From positions 384,001 to 448,000 of the forward strand of contig CBDCSU010000006.1 of assembly GCA_965221775.1 (NCBI GenBank): a stretch of 64,000 bases of DNA, given 5' to 3'. This DNA comes from Candidatus Latescibacterota bacterium (GTDB lineage: Bacteria > Latescibacterota > UBA2968 > UBA8231). This document shows, in pieces, positions 56,540 to 64,000 of the stretch; the first letter of the stretch is position 1, and the number at the start of each line of letters is the position of its first letter. The notes under the pieces were generated by a model. It saw only the letters and a list, made by a program, of their open reading frames with translations. It searched no databases and was not told the origin of the DNA. Made by a program: the position numbers and the translations under genes.

Positions 56540-57423
56540 CAGAGATCGCACCGCTGGATCGCGACCATCTTCCCCAGGTCCTGGAGCTCGTCAACGGTCA
56601 TCTCGGCGCCATGATGCCCGGGTGGAGCCTGACGCCCGACTACCTCTGGGGGCGCCTGCACAGGGAGCCCCAGGAAAGCGTGACCGATCCCTGGGTCGTG
56701 GAGAGAAGGTCGATTGTCGGGAGCGTCAAAGACCGCGTCTGCGCGGCGGCGCATCTCCTCCGATACGGCGAGGAGACGCCCTGGAAGGGAACCGGGTACA
56801 TCGCCTGGATCCTGTACTGGCCCGAAGAACGAGAGGCGGGGGTAGCGGTCATGACCGAGTGCCGGCGCCAGATGAAGGCCTGGCAGGTGACGGACGAGCG
56901 GGTTTCCGGTTCCCTGCCGGTTCCTACCAGCACCGGGATTCCCCATGTCTGGCCACACATAGACGGCCTGCTGGAGCAATGCGGCTATTCGGCAAACGAC
57001 GAAGTCGACGAGTCGCTCTATGCCGGCACGCTGGATGGGATCCCCGCTCCCGGGGAGCCACCGGTGGAAGGTGTGACGATCCACCGCCAGATGGGGAATT
57101 TCGACGCACGGTTCGTGGCCCGCCTCGATGGAGAGGGCATCTCGGCGTGTGAGTGTATTGCCGATCTGACCGAAGGCGGCCAGTTGCCTGCCCTGTCAGG
57201 ATGGGCCGAGCTGTCGGAGATGGGAACGCGCGAAGCGATGAGGAGCCAAGGGGTCGGCTCGTGGGTGGTCCGGCACGCCGTCGAATGGCTGCGGCTGGCC
57301 AGGTGCGACCGCATCGTGATGACTGTTGCACGTGAGGACGAGGAGGCCGGCGCCGGGAGGTTCTACAGGCGGTTCGGATGGATGCCGCTGGTCCGGCAGA
57401 GGCGGGGCTGGAAACGAGCATGA
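56536..57423 (+). CDS. GNAT-family N-acetyltransferase (two-domain)
   Basis: REAMRSQGVGSW acetyl-CoA motif, RFYRRFGW. Confidence 0.8.
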   Translation: MTEIAPLDRDHLPQVLELVNGHLGAMMPGWSLTPDYLWGRLHREPQESVTDPWVVERRSIVGSVKDRVCAAAHLLRYGEETPWKGTGYIAWILYWPEEREAGVAVMTECRRQMKAWQVTDERVSGSLPVPTSTGIPHVWPHIDGLLEQCGYSANDEVDESLYAGTLDGIPAPGEPPVEGVTIHRQMGNFDARFVARLDGEGISACECIADLTEGGQLPALSGWAELSEMGTREAMRSQGVGSWVVRHAVEWLRLARCDRIVMTVAREDEEAGAGRFYRRFGWMPLVRQRRGWKRA

Positions 57424-58274
57424 GAATCGACAAGCTCAGCGACCACATCGGCGCCGAGGTCCGCGGCGTCGACATCGGCTCCCCCATCGACGGCGGCACC
57501 TTCTCCCTCCTTCGCGAGGCCTTCCACCGGCACTCGGTCCTCGTCTTCCGCGGCCAGGAGATCACCGACGAGCAGCAGGTCGCCTTCAGCGAGGGCTTCG
57601 GCCCCCTCGAGATGACGATCCCCAGCGACCCGATCGGCGACGGCGGACCCGTCGGCGTCATCAGCAACGTCGACGGCAAGGGGCACGTCATCCCCCCGGA
57701 TGACTGGCGCATGCTGTATCAGAAGGGGAACAGCCTGTGGCACTCGGACGGCTCCTTCCGCAAGGTGCCGCTGCGGGGATCCCTGCTGTCGGCGAGGGAG
57801 GTTCCGCCCACCGGCGGCGAGACCGAGTACGCCAGCCTGCGCGCGGCGTACGCGGGCTTGTCCGACGAGCGCATGGCCCTCATCGAGGACCTGGCGGCCG
57901 AGCACAGCATCGCCTGGTCGCGGCAGCAGATCGCCCCCGGGCTGATGGACGATGCCTTCCTCGATGACACGCCGCCGGCACCCCATCCGCTGGTGCGGAC
58001 CATTCCCGAGACCGGCGAGAAGGCCCTCCTCGTCGGCTCCTACGCCACCCACGTCGTCGGCTGGCCTCTGGAGAAGGGCCGCGCCCTGCTGGCGGAGCTG
58101 CTCGATTGGGCGACGCAGCCGCGCTTCGTCTACCGCCACGAGTGGCAGCGGCACGACCTGGTCATGTGGGACAACGTCGGCTGCCTGCACCGCGGCCGGC
58201 CCTGGGACGGCCGTCATCGCCGGGTCATGCACCGGACCACCCTTTCCATGGCGGGCTTGGTAGACGCACAATGA
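57420..58274 (+). CDS. TauD/TfdA-family Fe(II)/2OG dioxygenase
   Basis: IGAEVRGVD, WHSDGSF, GGETEYA, HPLVRT, WDNVGCLHRG...RVMHRTT. Confidence 0.92.
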   Translation: MRIDKLSDHIGAEVRGVDIGSPIDGGTFSLLREAFHRHSVLVFRGQEITDEQQVAFSEGFGPLEMTIPSDPIGDGGPVGVISNVDGKGHVIPPDDWRMLYQKGNSLWHSDGSFRKVPLRGSLLSAREVPPTGGETEYASLRAAYAGLSDERMALIEDLAAEHSIAWSRQQIAPGLMDDAFLDDTPPAPHPLVRTIPETGEKALLVGSYATHVVGWPLEKGRALLAELLDWATQPRFVYRHEWQRHDLVMWDNVGCLHRGRPWDGRHRRVMHRTTLSMAGLVDAQ

Positions 58275-61200
58275 CGACGAACATGGCGACCGACTGGGGG
58301 GCCATCGACTGTGCGGTCCGGAGCCTGGAACCGCCCGCACCCGAGGAGCTGGGCATCGACCCATTGTCGTTTGCAGAGATGGACTGGACTCCCATGGCAC
58401 ACAACAGACGATCTCGTTGGAACTGGTCACCCTTCCCGTTTCCTGGGACACGGGCCAGGGCCATCGTTGCACGAGTGGTACCGCTGTTCCTCCTCTTCCA
58501 TCCGCATGTAGCCGATGCAGTCCCTCCCCCTCCCCCTGTCGGCAAACGCTGGGTCCTGGTGTGGAGTGATGACTTCAACGGTACCACCCTTGATGCGTCG
58601 AAGTGGAATCACAGGAGTGAGGCGTTTCGATCCGAGCGCCGGCAGAGCGGACACCGAATCAGGTGGAGATATGAGCACGACAACGTCAGCCTGAGAGACA
58701 GCTATCTGGTGTTGCGCAATACCCGCGATCCTCTGATCACTGATGGCGCTGATCTGGTCAAGGCCGCTGCGATCGATTCAAAGGGAAAGTTCGAGCAGAC
58801 GTACGGATACTTCGAGGCCAGCGTCCGGATCGCGCCTACCGCAGACGGCATGCACAGTGCCTTCTGGCTGCAGAACGACAATCGATACAGAACGGCTGCA
58901 GATGGAGGTATCGATGGACCCTCCGATGGAGCCGAAATCGACATCCTCGAGTCGGTGTACACCAGCGATCGCTATGTCTGGGCCGTGCATTGGGAAGGCA
59001 ATTCGATCCATGCCGATGAGGAGTTCGCTCCGATGCACGACGGTCAGTTTCACGTCTTCGCGGTGGCGTGGACACCGGACAGTTACACCTTTTACGCGGA
59101 CGGGCAGCGCATGGCGCAAACGTCTCAGGGCGTATCGCACAGTGATGGATACGTCATTCTGTCCACCGGCGTGAGTTGGCAACAAGGCAACGCTCGTGCC
59201 GGCACGTTTCCCAATGAGGCCCTGGTGGACTGGGTCCGGGTATACGAGCTTCAGGATATTCCTGCCGATCCGCCGCAGGAGAGTACCGTCGTGCTGGAGC
59301 CACCCGACCCGCGCGGCACTCGCGACATAGGAAGGATCACCCTGGTCAGCTCTCAGCCGGGTACGATCCAGGCCAGTTGGGAGGCCCCCAGCGAAGCACC
59401 GGCCAACTACCGCTTATCCTGGGCCAAGGCAGGCGAGGAGTTCAAGACCTGGACCGACCAGTCAGGCAACGCTTTTCCGACGGCCACATCCCATACCATC
59501 ACCGGTCTGGAGGAGGGTGAGGAGTACAAGGCGATGGTCCGCGCCTCATATAACGGCACCGCCGGCGACTGGAGCGATCAGGTGAGCATCACGGTCGCGG
59601 CTTCTCCTCCTGCCAACGACGCGCCGACGGCCGACGCCGGATCCGACCAGACCGTCCAGGAAGGCTCTGCGGTGACGCTGTCCGGAACGGCCTACGACGC
59701 CGACAACGATACTCTGACCTACCAGTGGACCCACGACCGGGATGAGTTGGACATCTCGCTGAGTGATCCGGCATCCCTCTCGACCACGTTTGCTGCGCCC
59801 CAGGTGGGCTCTGATGCCACCATCACCTTTACGCTTGCTGCCACCGACGAGCACGGCGACACGGGCTCTGATTTCGTTGCCATCACAGTGCAGGACACTT
59901 CTTCCGAGCCGCCGCAGGGGAATACTGTCGTGCTGGAGCCGCCCGACCCGCGTGACTCTCGCGACATAGGGAGGATCACGCTGGTCAGCTCCCAGCCGGG
60001 AACGATCCAGGCCCGTTGGGAGGCCCCCAGAGAAGCGCCCGCCAACTACCGCATTTCCTGGGCCAAGGCAGGCGAGGAGTTCAAGACTTGGACCGACCGA
60101 TCAGGCAACGCTTTTCCCACTGCCACATCCCAAACCATCACCGGCCTGGAGGAGGGTGAGGAGTACAAGGTGATGGTCCTCGCCTCATATAGCGGCACCG
60201 CCGGCGACTGGAGCGGTCAGGTGAGCATCACCATCGCGGCTTCTTCTGCCAACGACGCGCCGACGGCCGACGCCGGAGCCGACCAGACCGTCCAGGAAGG
60301 CTCTGCGGTGACGCTGTCCGGAACGGCCTCCGACCCCGACAACGATACTCTGACCTACCAGTGGACCCACGACCGGGACGACTTGGGCATCTCGCTTGGA
60401 GACCCGGCGGCCCTCTCGACCGCGTTTACTGCGCCCCAGGTGGGCTCTGATGCCACCATCACCTTCACGCTTACTGCCACCGACGAGCACGGCGACACGG
60501 GCGCTGATTTCGTTGCCATCACGGTGCAGGACACTTCTTCCGGCCCGCCGCAGGTGAATACTGTCGTGCTGGAGCCGCCCGACCCGCGTGGCACTCGCGA
60601 CATAGGAAGGATCACCCTGGTCAGCTTCCAGCCGGGAACGATCCAGGCCAGTTGGGAGGCCCCCAGTGAAGCGCCCGCCAACTACCGCATTTCCTGGGCC
60701 AAGGCAGGCGAGGAGTTCAAGACCTGGACCGATCGGTCAGGCAACGCTTTTCCGACGGCCACATCCCAAACCATCACCGGTCTGGAGGAGGGTGAGGAGT
60801 ACAAGGTGATGGTCCGCGCCTCATATAGCGGCACCGCCGGCGACTGGAGCAGCCAGGTAGTCATCACGGTCCCAGGGCATGCTGCCAACGACGCGCCGAC
60901 TGCCGACGCCGGAGCCGACCAGACCGTCCAGGAAGGCTCTGCGGTGACGCTGTCCGGAACGGCCTCCGACCCCGACAACGATACTCTGACCTACCAGTGG
61001 ACCCACGACCGGGATGAGCTGGACATCTCGCTGGATGACCCGGCGGCCCTCTCGACCACGTTTACTGCGCCCCAGGTGGACTCTGATACCACCATCACCC
61101 TTACGCTTACTGCCACCGACGAGCACGGCGCGACGGGCTCTGATGCCGCTGCCATCACAGTGCAGGACACTTCTTCCGACCCGCCACAGGGGAATACTGT

Positions 61201-61822
61201 CGTGCTGGAGCCGCCCGACCCGCGTGACTCTCGCGACATAGGGAGGATCACCCTGGTCAGCTCCCAGCCAGGAATGATCCAGGCCAGTTGGGAGGCACCC
61301 ACGGAGGAGCCCGCCGACTACCGCATCTCATGGGCCAAGGAGAGCGAGAGTTTCAAGACCTGGACCGACAACACCGGCAACGCCTTCCCCACCGAACCTT
61401 CCTACACCATCACCGGCTTGGAGGGGGGCGAGAGGCACAAAGCCATGGTGCGCGCCCGATTTGGCGGCTCCTCAGGGGATTGGAGTGGGGAGGCCGTCAT
61501 CACCGTCATGGAGTCGCAGACGTCCAAGCCCGTGGTGCCACGTCTGCCCTTCGGGCTGGGGGAGAACTATCCCAATCCGTTCAATCCCGAAACCCGGATC
61601 GCCTATACCCTGTCCACGGCCGGTCCTGTGGAGTTGGCCATTTACAATGTCCTGGGACAGCGGGTACGCATCCTGGTGAGGGAGATACAGGCCGCAGGCA
61701 GCTATCAGGTTGCCTGGAATGGGCGCAAGGACAGCGGTGCACCTGTTGCCAGTGGGGTGTATCTGTATCGGTTGTCCAGTACACAGGAGGTGCAGACGCG
61801 GCGTCTGTTGCTTCTGAAATAG
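58271..61822 (+). CDS. Secreted GH16 glycoside hydrolase with four FN3 + three PKD/REJ-like Ig modules and FlgD-Ig C-terminal domain
   Basis: WVLVWSDDFNG, YGYFEA, AFWL, EIDILE catalytic motif, FHVFAVAWT, VDWVRVY; NYPNPFNP...ASGVYLYRL...RRLLLLK; start uncertain (58271, 58379 or 58394). Confidence 0.88.
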   Translation: MTTNMATDWGAIDCAVRSLEPPAPEELGIDPLSFAEMDWTPMAHNRRSRWNWSPFPFPGTRARAIVARVVPLFLLFHPHVADAVPPPPPVGKRWVLVWSDDFNGTTLDASKWNHRSEAFRSERRQSGHRIRWRYEHDNVSLRDSYLVLRNTRDPLITDGADLVKAAAIDSKGKFEQTYGYFEASVRIAPTADGMHSAFWLQNDNRYRTAADGGIDGPSDGAEIDILESVYTSDRYVWAVHWEGNSIHADEEFAPMHDGQFHVFAVAWTPDSYTFYADGQRMAQTSQGVSHSDGYVILSTGVSWQQGNARAGTFPNEALVDWVRVYELQDIPADPPQESTVVLEPPDPRGTRDIGRITLVSSQPGTIQASWEAPSEAPANYRLSWAKAGEEFKTWTDQSGNAFPTATSHTITGLEEGEEYKAMVRASYNGTAGDWSDQVSITVAASPPANDAPTADAGSDQTVQEGSAVTLSGTAYDADNDTLTYQWTHDRDELDISLSDPASLSTTFAAPQVGSDATITFTLAATDEHGDTGSDFVAITVQDTSSEPPQGNTVVLEPPDPRDSRDIGRITLVSSQPGTIQARWEAPREAPANYRISWAKAGEEFKTWTDRSGNAFPTATSQTITGLEEGEEYKVMVLASYSGTAGDWSGQVSITIAASSANDAPTADAGADQTVQEGSAVTLSGTASDPDNDTLTYQWTHDRDDLGISLGDPAALSTAFTAPQVGSDATITFTLTATDEHGDTGADFVAITVQDTSSGPPQVNTVVLEPPDPRGTRDIGRITLVSFQPGTIQASWEAPSEAPANYRISWAKAGEEFKTWTDRSGNAFPTATSQTITGLEEGEEYKVMVRASYSGTAGDWSSQVVITVPGHAANDAPTADAGADQTVQEGSAVTLSGTASDPDNDTLTYQWTHDRDELDISLDDPAALSTTFTAPQVDSDTTITLTLTATDEHGATGSDAAAITVQDTSSDPPQGNTVVLEPPDPRDSRDIGRITLVSSQPGMIQASWEAPTEEPADYRISWAKESESFKTWTDNTGNAFPTEPSYTITGLEGGERHKAMVRARFGGSSGDWSGEAVITVMESQTSKPVVPRLPFGLGENYPNPFNPETRIAYTLSTAGPVELAIYNVLGQRVRILVREIQAAGSYQVAWNGRKDSGAPVASGVYLYRLSSTQEVQTRRLLLLK
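59288..61505 (+). repeat. Intragenic tandem repeat, 636-639 bp units (about 3.5 copies)
   Basis: gtcgtgctggagcc unit starts at 59288, 59927, 60563 and 61199; near-identical DNA. Confidence 0.95.
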
Positions 61823-61904
61823 CGCGTCCGAAGCGGACATACTACCGCCCGCAGCATACGGACAGTAACGTCCGGGCGGCCGGACCCAGGCATCGGAGCG
61901 ACTC

Positions 61905-63398
61905 ATGATCGAGGTACAGAACGGCCTACCCCATCCGAGGGTGGACGAAGCGGTGCTGTTCCCCTTCGACAGGGACAGCATCCCCTTCACGGCGGGGCTG
62001 CGGCTGCACATGATGAGCGGCAAGGCCAGGGGGCCCGAAACGCTGGTCGTGAAGCCGGGGCCCGAGGGCGCCCACGACGACATGCGGGTCCGGTTCTACG
62101 GGTCGGTGATCCCCTTCGGCGACGAGCTGCGCATGTGGTACCTGGGCAGCGGCCGCCGCGACGGGTTCCGCTCCCATCGCGTCTGCTACGCCGTCAGCCG
62201 CGACGGGCTCCACTGGGAGAAGCCGGACCTCGGCCTGGTGGACTACCACGGCAGCACGAGAAACAACATGGTCGACCTGCGGGGCGGCGCCCCCGACGTG
62301 CTCGCCATGCCCGTGCTCCACGACCCGGACGACCCCGACCCGGAGCGGCGCTTCAAGCTCGCCTTCGAGTGCCGCGGCTACGAGAACAAGAGCCTCGCCG
62401 TGGCCTTCAGTCCCGACGGTCTGCGCTGGACGGAATCGCCGCGCAACCCGGTGGGACCGATGCTCGAGCTGAGCGGCATCATCCGCTTCAACGGCTGCTA
62501 CTACGTCAACGGCCACGGCGGCTTCCACTTCGGCACCCCCCGCGATCTGGTGACCTGCGCCTCGTACGACTTCGAGCACTGGACCGAAGCCACCGCCCTC
62601 GGCTTCCAGAAAGACCGCCTGCCCCTGCTCGACATGGCCGGCATCGCCACCGGCGGCAACTCCGGCGAGCAGGTCCACCTCGGCGCCGGCCTGTGGGACC
62701 GCGGCAACGTCATCCTCGGCGTCTACGACATCTGGCACGGCCACCCGTCGGGCGACCGCAAGCTGGTAGCCATGGACCTCGGCCTGGTGATAAGCCACAA
62801 CGCCATGCACTACCACGAGCCCATCCCCGACTTCCGGCTGGTGCCCGCCGCCGAGGAGCAGGGCGGCGACGGCGCCCTCTTCCCGCAGGAAGGCATGCCG
62901 CCGATCATCGGCGGACCGGCGCTGACTCGCGGCCAGGGGATGTGCAACTGGGGCGACGAGACCTTCCTCTACTACAGCGTCTGGACCACCGGCGGCGTGC
63001 GCCTGGCGCGCTGGCCGCGCGACCGCCTCGGCTGCTTCCGCGCCTTCGAGCCGGAGGAGTTGGGCCGGCGCCCTCCGGCGCGATGGGAGAACGCCGCCCG
63101 CCACTGCATCACCTGTCCCATACGCGCCGGCGACGGGCCGGCGCGGGTCCACGCCAACGTCGACGGTGTGGGCGAGCACGCCGCGATCACGGTGGAGATT
63201 CTGGACGAGCGCTTCCGGCCGCTGTCCGGCTGGTCCGGCGACGCCTGCATCCCCCTGCGGGAGCCGGGTCTGCGGCAGCCGGTGCTCTGGAAGGACCGGG
63301 ATTCCGCGAGCGGGATCGACGGCCCCTTCCGCCTGCGCGTCACCTTCGACGGGCTGCGGCGCCACGACGCCCGGCTGTACGCGCTCTACGTGGGCTGA
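61905..63398 (+). CDS. Hypothetical beta-propeller protein, same family as 3473..4951
   Basis: FYGSV, RMWY, CYAVSRDGLHWEKPDLG, DPDPERRFK, FSPDGLRW, ARLYALYV. Confidence 0.75.
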   Translation: MIEVQNGLPHPRVDEAVLFPFDRDSIPFTAGLRLHMMSGKARGPETLVVKPGPEGAHDDMRVRFYGSVIPFGDELRMWYLGSGRRDGFRSHRVCYAVSRDGLHWEKPDLGLVDYHGSTRNNMVDLRGGAPDVLAMPVLHDPDDPDPERRFKLAFECRGYENKSLAVAFSPDGLRWTESPRNPVGPMLELSGIIRFNGCYYVNGHGGFHFGTPRDLVTCASYDFEHWTEATALGFQKDRLPLLDMAGIATGGNSGEQVHLGAGLWDRGNVILGVYDIWHGHPSGDRKLVAMDLGLVISHNAMHYHEPIPDFRLVPAAEEQGGDGALFPQEGMPPIIGGPALTRGQGMCNWGDETFLYYSVWTTGGVRLARWPRDRLGCFRAFEPEELGRRPPARWENAARHCITCPIRAGDGPARVHANVDGVGEHAAITVEILDERFRPLSGWSGDACIPLREPGLRQPVLWKDRDSASGIDGPFRLRVTFDGLRRHDARLYALYVG

Positions 63399-63446
63399 GG
63401 CGTGCGCCAGTTGAGCGTCGGAGCCAGGCAACCGAGGATTCTCCTC

Positions 63447-64000
63447 ATGCGCTCGACGATCCTGCGATCAGGAATGCTCCTGGTACTGGCTTCCGCAGTC
63501 ATGGCGGAGACCGAACTCTTCTTCGCCGCCGGCGTCGATAGCACAGGCTGGGCACAGGCGCAGAGCAACGCCGACGGCCACGTGCTGATCGAGTCGCCGG
63601 AGTATCCGCGCGGCCTGTGGCTGCACCTGGTTGATGAAGCAGGGGATGCGCTGGCCGGCATTCAGGTCGAGTACCAAGGCCGACCCGACAGCTTGGTGGC
63701 GATGCGCTGCGTCGATTCGGCCGGAGATGTGCAGGAGACGCTGGTGTGGACCCGGCCCGATGACATCCCCTTGCGCCTGACATTGAGACCCGGAGAAGCC
63801 ACTGACCTGCCAGCGGGACTTGCCGCCGTTGATTGGCAGATTGCCCCGGCCGCTGCATCTCTACTGAAGCCAACGGATGAGACCCGGCTGACCGGCTGGG
63901 AAGCCGTGGCGGCTTTTCTACGGGAGCGCTGGCAGGGACGGAGCGGGCGAGCAACCGTTCAATTCGAGGCCGAGGTCCTGGCGGTTGAACTGGATCACCC
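63447..64000 (+). CDS. Hypothetical exported protein (partial, runs off window end)
   Basis: GAGGA RBS; own translation MRSTILRSGMLLVLASAVMAETELFFAAGVDSTGWAQAQSNADGHVLIESPEYPRGLW..., open to the window end. Confidence 0.7.
   Translation, partial: MRSTILRSGMLLVLASAVMAETELFFAAGVDSTGWAQAQSNADGHVLIESPEYPRGLWLHLVDEAGDALAGIQVEYQGRPDSLVAMRCVDSAGDVQETLVWTRPDDIPLRLTLRPGEATDLPAGLAAVDWQIAPAAASLLKPTDETRLTGWEAVAAFLRERWQGRSGRATVQFEAEVLAVELDH

Noticed and set aside
59288-61505. Long direct repeats considered as a CRISPR array or mobile element
   Set aside because: Units are about 636 bp, in frame, and encode FN3/PKD modules; no spacers or cas genes.
1-64000. tRNA, rRNA, IS/transposase, integrase or prophage genes
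   Set aside because: None recognised on either strand by inspection.

Overview
High-GC bacterial chromosome window of about 50 genes, with no rRNA, tRNA, CRISPR array or recognisable transposase. By inference, the secreted multidomain proteins with FlgD-Ig-like C-terminal tails, the dockerin-like EF-hand and WD40/LRR fusions, and the many PhyH/AKR/Gfo/sulfatase paralogs suggest a Latescibacterota/Gemmatimonadota-like (FCB-group), possibly sponge-associated organism. Core genes: an NAD salvage operon (pncA-pncB-aminotransferase-nadE), sucA-sucB-lpdA and a large purL. Accessory content: (1) a lower-GC two-gene Schlafen/AlbA_2 + partner module starting 1 nt after the lpdA stop, a candidate defence system; (2) a cytochrome c lipoprotein-YceI-DUF5777 barrel triad; (3) a HEPN gene with a degenerate MNT-like partner and its own sigma70 promoter; (4) a B12-binding MerR (CarH/LitR) regulator with a dyad operator of 11-bp-spaced TnGACA repeats, heading a furan/cyclopropane fatty-acid modification operon; (5) three large secreted FlgD-tailed proteins; (6) a PhyH protein with an HxG (halogenase-like) motif; (7) a long, translationally coupled string of catabolic enzymes; and (8) several gene remnants that point to frequent local gene replacement. 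Family calls rest on motif recognition by eye, not database searches, and GC differences were judged by eye.
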